The notes under the pieces are model-generated. The model saw nothing but the letters and a program-made list of their open reading frames with translations. It had not been told where the DNA came from and made no database searches. The position numbers and the translations under genes were made by a program. Below, piece by piece: positions 52,786 to 62,280 of a DNA stretch of 64,000 nucleotides. How positions within the stretch are numbered: the stretch's first letter is position 1; each line of letters opens with the position of its first letter. Origin of the DNA: an uncultured Candidatus Saccharibacteria bacterium (GTDB taxonomy: Bacteria; Patescibacteriota; Saccharimonadia; Saccharimonadales; JAGQNJ01); contig CAZNZL010000001.1 in NCBI GenBank assembly GCA_964577565.1, positions 14,566 to 78,565 of the forward strand. The letters are read 5' to 3'.

Positions 52786-54129
52786 TTACTTGTCGGCGTT
52801 TTTGTCGATGAACCAAAATTTTATTGGCGTACCGGTGATGTCATAGGTTTCACGAAAGGCGCGCTCCATGTAGCGTTTGTAGCTCCAGTGTAAAAACTTG
52901 GTTTGGTTGCCAAATACTTTAAAACTAGGGTTTGGGTTGCCTTCTTCATGCACAATGTAATTAAGTTTGGGCATCGTATTTTTGAGCCCAGCTGGCGGGT
53001 GGCTGTTGACAACGTTGCGCAACCAACGATTCAGTTCGCTGGTTTTGTAGGTACGTTTGCGGGTTTCATCAATCTCAAGGGCAAGGTCAAATAGTTTAGT
53101 AACATTTTGTCCAGTTTCGGCGCTGGTAAAGATAAGCGGTGCCCACGGCACAAACGCAAAGTGATGCCGAATTTGGGGGGCAATTGTATCGCGCGTAAAA
53201 GCATCTTTTTCAATACTGTCCCATTTGCTAACGGCAATTACTAGGCCCTTGCCGGCCTCTTTGATCATGCCGGCTATTTTTTGGTCGAGCTGGGTGTTGA
53301 GCTCATTGGCGTCCATAAGCAGTAAACATATGTCGGCTTGTTCAATAGCGCTCAGGCTACGAATAACACTAAAGCGTTCGATGCCTCGTTCGATCTTGCC
53401 GCTACGGCGAATACCGGCGGTGTCTAGTAATTCTATTTCTCTACCTTTGTAGCGGACTGTTTGGCGATTGATATCACGGGTGGTGCCTGCTCTGTCGGCA
53501 ACAATGGCTTGCTGCTTTTTAGCCAGCGTGTTAAACAAATACGACTTGCCGACATTAGGCCGGCCAAGCAGCGCAACCGTAATGCGGTTGGGTTGTTCTT
53601 TGATCTTGGCTTTTGGCAGGACGGCGGTAAGGTCGTTAAGCAGCGCCTCTATGCCCCGGTTTTGAGTAGCACTGGTTAAGGCAATATTTTTTATACCCAG
53701 GTTCTGATAACTAGACTCCATGGCACCAGGCGCTTTATCAGCCTTATTCACAACTAAGAAGACTGGTTTTTTTGATTTTAAGGCCATTTTTGCCACGCGC
53801 CGGTCTTCTTCGGTGATGGCAATATGAGCTTCAATCATAACAATAATAACGTCGGCGCTGTCAGTGGCCTGCTGGATTTGTTCTTGGATGGTAAATTCAA
53901 AGTCGTCTTCGGGGTCTTTTATGCCGGCGGTGTCGACCAGCCAGAAGTTTTGCCCGTTCCACTCAGCCTTGGCAAAAATACTATCACGCGTTGTACCGGG
54001 CTCGTTGGCTACAATCGCCTCGCGGCGTTTTAAGATAGCGTTAAAAATGCTGGATTTACCAACATTAGCACGGCCGACAATAGCTACAATCGGAACTTTT
54101 TTCACCTTTGTAGTATAACTGAAAAACAC
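52786..54129 (-). CDS. der: ribosome-associated GTPase Der (EngA)
   Basis: Two tandem G domains (GRANVGKSS and GRPNVGKSY, each with a DTAG motif) plus a C-terminal KH-like domain. Confidence 0.95.
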   Translation of the reverse strand: MFFSYTTKVKKVPIVAIVGRANVGKSSIFNAILKRREAIVANEPGTTRDSIFAKAEWNGQNFWLVDTAGIKDPEDDFEFTIQEQIQQATDSADVIIVMIEAHIAITEEDRRVAKMALKSKKPVFLVVNKADKAPGAMESSYQNLGIKNIALTSATQNRGIEALLNDLTAVLPKAKIKEQPNRITVALLGRPNVGKSYLFNTLAKKQQAIVADRAGTTRDINRQTVRYKGREIELLDTAGIRRSGKIERGIERFSVIRSLSAIEQADICLLLMDANELNTQLDQKIAGMIKEAGKGLVIAVSKWDSIEKDAFTRDTIAPQIRHHFAFVPWAPLIFTSAETGQNVTKLFDLALEIDETRKRTYKTSELNRWLRNVVNSHPPAGLKNTMPKLNYIVHEEGNPNPSFKVFGNQTKFLHWSYKRYMERAFRETYDITGTPIKFWFIDKNADK

Positions 54130-54165
54130 ATATTGACAAACAGTAAATATTAAATTCTAATATTG

Positions 54166-54819
54166 CTAATTTAGATCAGCGCTGGTGAACGCACCTTTTG
54201 CAAGCGTGCCGAGCGCAAATTGACCAAACTGTGTACGGTGCAGGTGCGTTACGTTATAGCCGAGGTTGGCAAACGTTCGTCTGATTTGCCGGTTGCGGCC
54301 CTCGCTCATAACCACCTGCCAGTTGCTGCCCTGCCCGCTCAGTTTTAGTTTACTGATGCCGTCGTCAAGCATAATGCCCTGTTCAATCTGTTGCTTATCG
54401 TTTGCGGCAAGCGGTTTATCAAGCGATACTTCATATACCTTTGTTTTTTGGAACGATGGGTGCGCCAGCTTATGGGCAAGATTGCCGTCGTTGGTTAAAA
54501 TAAGCAGTCCGCTTGAGTCTTTGTCAAGACGCCCAACGGGTTTAAGGTGTGCGTAGTCTTTTGGAAGGATGTCATAAATTGTCTTACTGCCTTGCCCGTT
54601 TCGTGAGCACACATAACCGGTTGGTTTATGAAATATAATGGTGGTTTTGACGCTGCGGGTTAAAGGTTTGCCATTGAGCGTTACGACGTCATGCTCGGTA
54701 ATAGTCTGGCCTACCGATGCCACCACGTCGTTTACATATATCTTGCCTGCCCTAATTAAGGCATCGGCACTCCGCCTAGAGTGGCCGGTAGCTAGCGCGA
54801 TAAACTTATTAAGACGCAT
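54166..54819 (-). CDS. rRNA pseudouridine synthase, RsuA/RluB family
   Basis: An N-terminal S4 domain (MRLNKFIALATGHSRRSADALIRAGKIYVN) and the catalytic Asp motif VGRLDKDSSGLLILTNDG. Confidence 0.9.
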   Translation of the reverse strand: MRLNKFIALATGHSRRSADALIRAGKIYVNDVVASVGQTITEHDVVTLNGKPLTRSVKTTIIFHKPTGYVCSRNGQGSKTIYDILPKDYAHLKPVGRLDKDSSGLLILTNDGNLAHKLAHPSFQKTKVYEVSLDKPLAANDKQQIEQGIMLDDGISKLKLSGQGSNWQVVMSEGRNRQIRRTFANLGYNVTHLHRTQFGQFALGTLAKGAFTSADLN

Positions 54820-54833
54820 GTAGTTAGTATAGC

Positions 54834-56132
54834 TTACGAAGATGTAGGCGGGGTTGTTTGGGGGTTGTTTGGCGGCTGTTGTGGGGTTGCCGGCGCGCTG
54901 GCTTGTTGCGGTGTAGGCACAGCTGAAATTTCTTGGCCTGGATTAGCTTGCGTGCCATTTGTCGTAGTTGAAACAGTAGGATTTTGGGTAATAAACTCTT
55001 CAATTTGAGCCTGTAGAGCCGCTTCTTCTTCTGCTGTGGTTGAGGTTTCTGGCATTGAGCTGTTGGGCGCGGTCATGTTTACGGGCTGCTGATTGGGGTC
55101 AGGCGTGAACTTGTCTGGTTGTTGGGGAGCAATAACTGGTGTTTGCGGGGTGGAGGGATCGGGTGAAGTGGCAGGCGGGCTGCCTGCTGGTGTTGATTGA
55201 GTTGGCTGAGCAACGTTAGGCGGGGTGGCTGGCATGGTAACGCCTTCTGGTGTAATGACCGAGTTTGCGGCCGGTTGTGGCGCAGGAACCGCTGCCTTCT
55301 CTTCTTCTAAAAGTTCGTTAATGTTAGGCCCATTGGTAATAACATCTGATATTGGTTGAATGACTTTCTTGCGCCCACTAATTGACGGGTCTATGTACGC
55401 CTCTGATCCGGCTGCCACGGCAGCAGCATTATTCTTAACAATAATTTGCTCGCCGGCTGGTTTGTCTTCAGGCAAGGCTGCCGTTGCTGGGTCGTTACTA
55501 GCCGTGCTTGGAGGGGTCGTAACCATTGTTGATGGTGGTTCAGTGGCCGATTGCGCTGCCCCTGCTGGCGGCGTGGGGTCGGGTGCAGGTTGCGCTGCCG
55601 GTTGTGGTGGCACGGGAGCGGGTTGCACTATTTGCGGGGTGGTTGTTGGCGAGTTCGCAATCGGTACCGCTTGCGTGTTGTTGGTTAGCGAGGTAGCGGT
55701 TGGAGGGGTGACTGAAGGCGTCACGGGGTGTTCAACAGGAATACCGCCGACACTTGATGGGTTTTGGTCGCCAAGCATTTGCTGGGCAGCCTTCACCACA
55801 TCTTCTAGGGTGACTTGTGATTTAACAAGATATAAATCTGCCCCCAATTGCTCTGCTTTGGCTTTATCTTCAGCTTGGTTCAAGGCTGTCATCATAATAA
55901 TTTTGGCATTTTTGGTTTCGGTGGTGCTGCGCAGAATATCAAGCATGTCAAAGCCGCTTACTTTGGGCATCATTATGTCCGAGATTATCAGATCTGGCTT
56001 TTCTTTAATGGCAAGCGCCAGGGCAGCTTCACCATCTGCTGCCGAAATAATTTCATAACCCTCAGCAGCCAACCTAGCCTCGTATATCTCACGAAGATTA
56101 TTGTCGTCCTCGACCAGCATTACTTTTGCCAT
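54834..56132 (-). CDS. response regulator receiver domain fused to a low-complexity tail of about 300 aa rich in Pro/Thr/Ala/Gln
   Basis: The receiver motifs are intact (VEDDN, DLIISDIMMP, MTA, YLVKS). The remaining part is P/T/A/Q-rich with no recognisable output domain. It lies immediately downstream of the histidine kinase. Confidence 0.8.
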   Translation of the reverse strand: MAKVMLVEDDNNLREIYEARLAAEGYEIISAADGEAALALAIKEKPDLIISDIMMPKVSGFDMLDILRSTTETKNAKIIMMTALNQAEDKAKAEQLGADLYLVKSQVTLEDVVKAAQQMLGDQNPSSVGGIPVEHPVTPSVTPPTATSLTNNTQAVPIANSPTTTPQIVQPAPVPPQPAAQPAPDPTPPAGAAQSATEPPSTMVTTPPSTASNDPATAALPEDKPAGEQIIVKNNAAAVAAGSEAYIDPSISGRKKVIQPISDVITNGPNINELLEEEKAAVPAPQPAANSVITPEGVTMPATPPNVAQPTQSTPAGSPPATSPDPSTPQTPVIAPQQPDKFTPDPNQQPVNMTAPNSSMPETSTTAEEEAALQAQIEEFITQNPTVSTTTNGTQANPGQEISAVPTPQQASAPATPQQPPNNPQTTPPTSS

Positions 56133-56183
56133 ATAGTGAACCTTATTTAATTGTGCTTATGTATGAAAACATTGTAACATGAA

Positions 56184-57929
56184 CTAGTTTTTAGCTACAT
56201 TATTTGCTTGTGCTTGCTGCGCCTGCAGTGCCTGTACTTGACTAGTGTTTAGGCGCGGTAAATTAACGTAAAAGGTGCTTCCCTGGCCTACTTTGCTTTC
56301 AACCCATATGCGGCCATGATAAAGATCAAGTATTTTCTTGCATAAAAATAAACCAAGTCCTGTACCGCCCGTGGTTCGGGTAGCCGAACTATCAACTCGA
56401 TAAAACTTCTGAAACAAGTGCGGAATATCGTCTTGTGAAATGCCTATACCGGTATCACGTATAAAGAACTGAACCACGTTATTATCGCCGGTAAGACCTA
56501 CCGTGACTTTTCCGTGATTAGTATATTTAATTGCGTTGGTTAGTAAGTTAACAAAAATTTCTCTGATTCTGTCGGGATCAACATGGGCATAATATAGCGG
56601 TTTAATTGATTTCAGGGCGTTATGTTGGGTGTTTTGATTGTCGGCTGAGGCAGTTATGAATTCTAAGGCCAGGTCTTTCTTTTGGGCTGACAAGCGATAG
56701 GTTTCAACTTGCTGCTCGATAAGTTCGCCAATTTCAACGATTTGTGGGTTGCTTTTTAAGCGGCCATCCTCTGCTTTAGAGCTCATGAGTAGGTCTTGAA
56801 AAAGCCGTCCAAGATGCTGGGTGCTGGCGTGCGCCTTCTGAAGAAACCCCTTGGCTCGTTCGTCAATGGTACTCACCCGTTCATTAAGCGCTAGGCCCAA
56901 GTAACCTTCAATGGCGGCAATTGGGGTACGCATTTCGTGCGACGCGGTGCTTATGAACTCGCTTTTTTCTTGCTCTTCTTGTTTCTTTTTGCTGACATCG
57001 CGCATGATTATTACGGCACCATAGGGTTCATCTGGAGATGCCTGCTCAGCAATGACAGAAACAGACACATCAACATATATCGGCGGTTTGTTATTAATTG
57101 CCAAGATAAGTTCTTTGCTGACAGATTGTTTTTGCTGGAGGGCTATGGCAATGGGTTCTTCTTCAAGCGGGAGCTCGGCATTGTCGAGTTGCTTAAACTT
57201 CAAAACACTGCGGTAGTTTAGGTCAAGTACGTCTTTTTCAGTTGCGTTGAGTAACTTGAGGGCCGGCGGATTAATCGACCGCACAATTTGCTTGCTGTCT
57301 ATAATAACAACACCGTCACCAATGCTGTCAGTAAGCAGCCGTACCACTTCGTTTTTTACAAAATAATGCTCAATATAATTTTGCTTTGCAGGCGCCGCCG
57401 TATGGTACCTGTCTTTAAATAAGATAATTAGTAGTATTACCCCTAAGACACGGACCATCATAACAATTGCATCACCAGTAAGGCCAAGCTGGGTTGCTTC
57501 AAGCGTGCCGGCAACCGACATTGCAAATATAGCACCGATAAGACCAATAATTACCATGGCCAAAAATGGCCCCAGTGTAGTCGCCATGAAAGCAATGATA
57601 ATATTGTGGATCAAAAATACAATCGAACTGCTGTGTTCAAGTGATGCCTCTGAGGCCGCGTTACATGTTAACGCAAAACAAACAAAGGTTATGCAGTACG
57701 CCAGCCATATACTGGTTTTTCTTACGAGCCTAAAAAATAATAAAAAATAAATAAGGCCAATTAATGCAAAGGTAATGGTTGCGCTACTAAGGCCAAAAAA
57801 TTCTTGGCCTGTGACAATTATACGGTGTTGTTTAATTGCAAAGTACGCATATATAGCAACAAAAGCCACCATAATAACTACGTAGTAATAGTTAAGTAGT
57901 TTTAGCCATTTTTCATTAATATATTGCAT
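56184..57929 (-). CDS. membrane sensor histidine kinase (TM region, PAS-like segment, HisKA, HATPase_c)
   Basis: H-box (FISTASHEMRTPIAAIEGY), N-box (NLLTNAIKYT), G1 (IRDTGIGI) and G2 (GGTGLGLFLCK) are present, with five or six N-terminal TM helices. Confidence 0.9.
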   Translation of the reverse strand: MQYINEKWLKLLNYYYVVIMVAFVAIYAYFAIKQHRIIVTGQEFFGLSSATITFALIGLIYFLLFFRLVRKTSIWLAYCITFVCFALTCNAASEASLEHSSSIVFLIHNIIIAFMATTLGPFLAMVIIGLIGAIFAMSVAGTLEATQLGLTGDAIVMMVRVLGVILLIILFKDRYHTAAPAKQNYIEHYFVKNEVVRLLTDSIGDGVVIIDSKQIVRSINPPALKLLNATEKDVLDLNYRSVLKFKQLDNAELPLEEEPIAIALQQKQSVSKELILAINNKPPIYVDVSVSVIAEQASPDEPYGAVIIMRDVSKKKQEEQEKSEFISTASHEMRTPIAAIEGYLGLALNERVSTIDERAKGFLQKAHASTQHLGRLFQDLLMSSKAEDGRLKSNPQIVEIGELIEQQVETYRLSAQKKDLALEFITASADNQNTQHNALKSIKPLYYAHVDPDRIREIFVNLLTNAIKYTNHGKVTVGLTGDNNVVQFFIRDTGIGISQDDIPHLFQKFYRVDSSATRTTGGTGLGLFLCKKILDLYHGRIWVESKVGQGSTFYVNLPRLNTSQVQALQAQQAQANNVAKN

Positions 57930-58259
57930 TAAGTCGGTCCCACCGAATTGCTTATTTTTATTATCTCTGTTTCGCTCATGCTTTGCAACGTTTGAATTAT
58001 ATGACCCAATATGGTACTATTTGTATCTGCTAATGGACTGAATCATGAAGCCAATTTTTCAGGCCAATGAGCGGCTTTGCCGACTCGACTGCTTGGAAAA
58101 TTGAGAGGAAGAAACGACTAGAGCATGAAATAAAGCAGCTTCGCTCGTTTTATGGAAGCCGACCGTCGATTCTGACGAGGCCTCATACTTTGTATGAAGC
58201 CCCGATTTCTCAGAAATATGCGAAAATATAAATACTTTCGCATGCTTCACTCGAAATCT

Positions 58260-58334
58260 GGCCTCATCGTCTAACGGTTAGGACACCAGGTTCTCATCCT
58301 GGCAATAGGGGTTCGATTCCCCTTGAGGTCACCA
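58260..58334 (+). tRNA. tRNA-Glu (anticodon CTC), with CCA encoded
   Basis: The cloverleaf folds by hand. Acceptor stem GGCCTCA/TGAGGTC, D-arm GTCTAACGGTTAGGAC, anticodon stem CCAGG/CCTGG with loop TTCTCAT, T-arm AGGGG-TTCGATT-CCCCT, discriminator A, then CCA. Confidence 0.9.
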
Positions 58335-58342
58335 CGAAAGAT

Positions 58343-58367
58343 GCTCACCTTTAGGGTGGGCTTTTTA
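58343..58367 (+). terminator. rho-independent terminator after the tRNA
   Basis: A hairpin (GCTCACC tttag GGTGGGC) is followed by TTTTTAT. Confidence 0.65.
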
Positions 58368-58447
58368 TTATCCTTGTACTCGGTTTAGGATTCAAATTTA
58401 TAAAGCACGTTGTTAGACCAGGTGAAGAAATTTAGAACAAACAATCG

Positions 58448-58951
58448 TTAATTACGAATATTAATCTGCACGTCTTTATTGACGAGACCTTGTTCAAATA
58501 AACTTGAGCCTTCTTCTTTGTGTGACTGCAGGGTGGGCTTACTCTCGCCAGTTTTCGTAACTTCTAATTTATTGCCCCTGATGTCTATTCTCATTATCCT
58601 GCCATTGTTTGCATCTTTTATAACTTTCTCCAGGGGTACTTCTTTTAATTGGTTAGGGGGTGATATAAAAAATAACAACACTAATATCGCTAAAATACAT
58701 AAAGCGATTACGACTACATTTTGTGAGGTTAGTGTGGTGTGTCTAGCAGTGGTCTTATTTTTTTTGCTTTCATTTCTGTACATTACAAAATAATAAATTA
58801 CCTCGCCAACAATCCCGCCAAGTAGCAGAACGAAAAGCCATAAGAGCTTATTGGGAATGTCTTTGTTTATAGCGTGAGTTAGCATAAGTACCCAAAATAT
58901 CAGGGCGAACCCGATTAATAGGGGGGGCACTATCGACAATATGACTTCCAT
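58448..58951 (-). CDS. membrane protein with a PLD-N-terminal-like small TM domain
   Basis: The N-terminus reads ...LLWLFVLLLGGIVGEVIYYF, typical of the short PLDc_N membrane motif. A third TM helix and a soluble C-terminal domain follow. Confidence 0.45.
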   Translation of the reverse strand: MEVILSIVPPLLIGFALIFWVLMLTHAINKDIPNKLLWLFVLLLGGIVGEVIYYFVMYRNESKKNKTTARHTTLTSQNVVVIALCILAILVLLFFISPPNQLKEVPLEKVIKDANNGRIMRIDIRGNKLEVTKTGESKPTLQSHKEEGSSLFEQGLVNKDVQINIRN

Positions 58952-59055
58952 AGATATTAATTGTAACCGAAGCCATTCCTTATAAATAATAAATAGGCTG
59001 TCATTTAAGTAAGTAATGATTTCGATATAATTTGTTCTAGACTATACTATCTGCA

Positions 59056-60051
59056 ATGAATGAGGCTGAAAAAATCGAATTTATTGCTGAAAAGCCTAAA
59101 ATGATAGATGATGGCATACTTGCACCGTGGCCAGCAGATACTGTCTTTGAAGCATTACGTAACTCAGAATACTCTCGTGAGGAAGGCGCAGACACAAAAG
59201 ATGGCAATAACTGGCAATACGAAAACGCGATGTATAACTTGCGGGATGAATATTTTCGAATGCGTTATCGCGGTGCTTTGTGGCCTTATGAAAAGTTTTT
59301 CAATGAACCGTTAGCTGAAGACCCTAAACAACGCCTCGAACAATTATTAGTAACTGGCATGTGGGCGCCCGCCGTAGATCAAGCCAGTCAGCTATTTGCA
59401 GATACAGAAGAAGATCAATACCGTCAAACAGCTATTTTCGCATGCGGGTTACATATTGCCGATGTCCTAGACCATAGCTGGACATTTTTAAATCCACGCC
59501 TTGCCCAAGACAGTACCGTACGTGAAAAACATTTTTTAATTTTTCTAAGCCGTATTGCAGGAGTTGGCACACTGCCTATGTCGCCCGTAGAGGCAGCTTA
59601 TTTTGAGCCGTTGCGGATGCAATTTAACCTGGCATATGCAGAGATGGCTGCACAAAGCCCCTACACAGCTTCACGTGACTTGCTTTCGTTTGATCCACAA
59701 GCCCGCGAAGCAGAAGAATATCATGGTGTTCTTAGTGTTGCACGAGCTTCAAATATAAATTTTGTTGAGGCCCCTAACGAGATTAAAGAACGAGTGATTG
59801 AGCGGTTTAAGCATGCAGCCTGGGAGTCGTTTAGGCCGCATGCACAATACAGACTTGAAGCCGATCCATATGCTTTAATGCGTTGTTTGCATCTATTTGG
59901 TCTAGCCGCTGCGCCCAACTTTTATGCTGAGTCTACAGAGCTTCAATGGTGGCGCTTAACGCCAGCAGAAATTATGGCCGGTGATGTCAGCCGCGTTCAT
60001 AAATTGACGTCAGAAGCAGAAGAAACTTTCACCCAAGACAGTTTATTTTGA
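59056..60051 (+). CDS. hypothetical protein
   Basis: A 331-aa helical soluble protein with coding-like composition. No motif recognised. Confidence 0.5.
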   Translation: MNEAEKIEFIAEKPKMIDDGILAPWPADTVFEALRNSEYSREEGADTKDGNNWQYENAMYNLRDEYFRMRYRGALWPYEKFFNEPLAEDPKQRLEQLLVTGMWAPAVDQASQLFADTEEDQYRQTAIFACGLHIADVLDHSWTFLNPRLAQDSTVREKHFLIFLSRIAGVGTLPMSPVEAAYFEPLRMQFNLAYAEMAAQSPYTASRDLLSFDPQAREAEEYHGVLSVARASNINFVEAPNEIKERVIERFKHAAWESFRPHAQYRLEADPYALMRCLHLFGLAAAPNFYAESTELQWWRLTPAEIMAGDVSRVHKLTSEAEETFTQDSLF

Positions 60052-60055
60052 ACCA

Positions 60056-61294
60056 CTAGATATCACGGACGCTGCCGAACGGTACGCGCTTAATGATGAC
60101 ATCCTGCATATTAGCCATTGTGGCCGGTACAATTGTATATTCACCGTAGCGGTTATTGATGGCGTCGGCGGCTCTTGCGAGCGAGCGAGTATCGAGGCGC
60201 GTACCGTCAAACAAGCCTAGCTGAATGGGTGTGGCAGGTACAAGGTTAAAAACCGCGATATTCAAATGTGTTACCCGTGCCGGTATGTCTACTTGGTTAA
60301 AAAGCCGCATTACTGCCATATAAATTTCTTGGGTAGAGTACAGTAGCGAGTGGGTCTTATGGCTTTTGCCCCACCATGTTCGGTTTTCAAAGCCCATGCC
60401 TAAAAAAATGCCCTGCGCTTGGTAATCATGTTTTCGAATGCGGCGGCCGGCCTTCTCGCAGAGCTTCATGAGCATGCGGGCTATCTCATATCGGTCGCTG
60501 GTTTTGTTGCCTACCGCGTAGTCATTACCAAAGCTTCGGGTTGCGGTTTTAACGCTGTCAATTTCATAACCACGCAAGCGTAAATACCAATAGTACCCCA
60601 CAATACTTTTAAAGACCTCTTTTTTAAGGGTAGGAATTGAGGCCTCTAAAAAATCTAGCGGTGTCATGATGCCGGCCATCATAAGCCGAGCTTTATAGCG
60701 GTTGTTGATACCGGGCAAATCAACCAAATCTAATTGGCCATACAGGTTATAGATATCTTTGGCGGTTATAACATCAAGACCATCTGGTTTGTCGAGGCCA
60801 GCGGCAACCTTCGCTAAAAACCGGTTAGGCGCAATGCCAATATTAACCGTCACGTATTCGCCGAGCATCTGTCGAATATCATTTTTAATCTGATAGCCAA
60901 CATCTACTAAGCTTCGGTTCTTTCTGAGGGCCTCCGAGCCTTTAAAATCTATAACAAATTCATCAATTGATTTTGGGGTTACCGAGTCAGTGTAGCGCTC
61001 TAGCACAGCCTTAAAACGCCGGTGGGCATCAAAGTACTTCTCTGGGTCTGGGGTTAAGATGATGATATCGCGGCTGATTTCCCAGGCGTCTCTAATACGC
61101 ATCAGCTTTATGCCCATTCGCTTAGCTTCATAAGACGAGGCAATAATGAAACCGCCCGGCGAATTATAGGCGGCGACTGCAACCGGTTTATGACGAATTA
61201 AGGGATTAGCCTGCTGCTCAATAATGGCGTAACAAGAGTTAAGGTCGATGTGCATTATAAGCGGTTTTTCATCGTTAAGTTGCAAGTCCATCAT
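60056..61294 (-). CDS. dinB: Y-family DNA polymerase (DinB/Pol IV-like)
   Basis: IMHIDLNSCYAIIEQQANPLIRHKPVAVA and SIDEFVIDF (catalytic acidic residues) are present. I prefer the start at ATG 61294 (MMDLQLND) because the longer ORF overlaps the upstream small gene. Confidence 0.85.
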   Translation of the reverse strand: MMDLQLNDEKPLIMHIDLNSCYAIIEQQANPLIRHKPVAVAAYNSPGGFIIASSYEAKRMGIKLMRIRDAWEISRDIIILTPDPEKYFDAHRRFKAVLERYTDSVTPKSIDEFVIDFKGSEALRKNRSLVDVGYQIKNDIRQMLGEYVTVNIGIAPNRFLAKVAAGLDKPDGLDVITAKDIYNLYGQLDLVDLPGINNRYKARLMMAGIMTPLDFLEASIPTLKKEVFKSIVGYYWYLRLRGYEIDSVKTATRSFGNDYAVGNKTSDRYEIARMLMKLCEKAGRRIRKHDYQAQGIFLGMGFENRTWWGKSHKTHSLLYSTQEIYMAVMRLFNQVDIPARVTHLNIAVFNLVPATPIQLGLFDGTRLDTRSLARAADAINNRYGEYTIVPATMANMQDVIIKRVPFGSVRDI

Positions 61295-61541
61295 GTACTG
61301 CCTCCAATGTCCAATGTAAGTTACTTGAGTCAAGCCGCAGTCTAAAAAACAGGGTCTGCTCTTTGTCGACAAGCTCAAAAATATGCTGCCGCTCCCTACC
61401 GTCCATGTAGCTGTGTTGATAGCCGATTTTGCCAACCCGATACTCTTGGTTTTGCCACACAATAAGATGCGGCATGGCAACACGTTGCTTGGCTGAGTAG
61501 TACATGACTACGCTTACTTCTTCGTTAATTTTCTGCCTCAT
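61275..61541 (-). CDS. small hypothetical protein translationally coupled to dinB
   Basis: 88 aa. A strong AAGGAG lies 7 nt upstream of the ATG. The 3' end overlaps the dinB start by 20 nt. No family recognised. Confidence 0.55.
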   Translation of the reverse strand: MRQKINEEVSVVMYYSAKQRVAMPHLIVWQNQEYRVGKIGYQHSYMDGRERQHIFELVDKEQTLFFRLRLDSSNLHWTLEAVHDGLAT

Positions 61542-61566
61542 GGTAGATCTCCTTTACAATGTAACT

Positions 61567-62280
61567 ATGAATTTTATGCAATATGATGATGGCTGTGGCC
61601 GCTACACGCTGGATGCTTCTGCGGGCGCTTTAAAAAAACGCTATAACCTGGCTACAAAACCACCTGATTTTCACCCTAGTCTAAATATCTCACCCGGCAA
61701 CACCATGCCGGTTATAGTTGCGGATGAAAACGGTAAGCCGAAACTCAAAACGATGAAATGGGGTCTTATTCCCGTTTGGGCCAAAGATCCAAAAATGGGT
61801 TATAGATTATTTAATGCTCGTGACGATCATTTGTTTTCGAGTGGCATCTGGAAGCAAGTTATATATAAAAAACGTGTCCTTGTGCCCGCCACCGGTTTTT
61901 TTGAATGGACAAAGCCCGATAAGGCTTCTCGGCAAGCAAAACAGAAGTTTTACTTTCATCCCAGACAGATAGATATTTTTAGCTTTGCAGGTGTCTGGTC
62001 ATCCTGGAAAGACAGTGAGGGTAAAGAGATTAAGACATATTCATTAATCACAACCGAACCAAACAAAGAGATGCGTTCAGTCCATGATCGTATGCCGGTT
62101 ATTTTGCACCCCGAGGATGAATCCTCGTGGTTAGAGTCATCAAACGTGACCAGAGATGACATAGAGCCTCTGCTGCGACCGCTCGAAGACAATGGATTAG
62201 AAGTCTATGAAGTTAACAACGATACAAAAGGAATCGAATTTAACGATAAGGCACTCATCGCTCCTCTCAACTCCCAATAA
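61567..62280 (+). CDS. SOS response-associated peptidase (SRAP/YedK/HMCES family) with an N-terminal extension before the catalytic Cys
   Basis: CGRYTL, MPVIV, KWGLIPVWAK, PATGFFEW and HDRMPVIL are SRAP signatures. TACAAT at 61555-61560 lies 6 nt upstream of the ATG at 61567. The Cys codon is at 61594-61596. Confidence 0.8.
   Translation: MNFMQYDDGCGRYTLDASAGALKKRYNLATKPPDFHPSLNISPGNTMPVIVADENGKPKLKTMKWGLIPVWAKDPKMGYRLFNARDDHLFSSGIWKQVIYKKRVLVPATGFFEWTKPDKASRQAKQKFYFHPRQIDIFSFAGVWSSWKDSEGKEIKTYSLITTEPNKEMRSVHDRMPVILHPEDESSWLESSNVTRDDIEPLLRPLEDNGLEVYEVNNDTKGIEFNDKALIAPLNSQ

Noticed and set aside
55360-56058. A 232-aa plus-strand ORF opposite the response-regulator tail.
   Set aside because: It is the mirror image of the Pro/Thr/Ala-rich coding repeat and translates as Gly/Ala/Val/Cys-rich low complexity. 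It is the expected shadow of GC-rich repetitive coding sequence.
58179-58188. GGCCTCATA, 80 nt upstream of tRNA-Glu, repeats the first 8 nt of the tRNA (GGCCTCAT). This could be a remnant att-type duplication.
   Set aside because: An 8-nt match is within chance expectation. Integrative elements normally duplicate the tRNA 3' end, not the 5' end. No integrase or foreign genes lie nearby.
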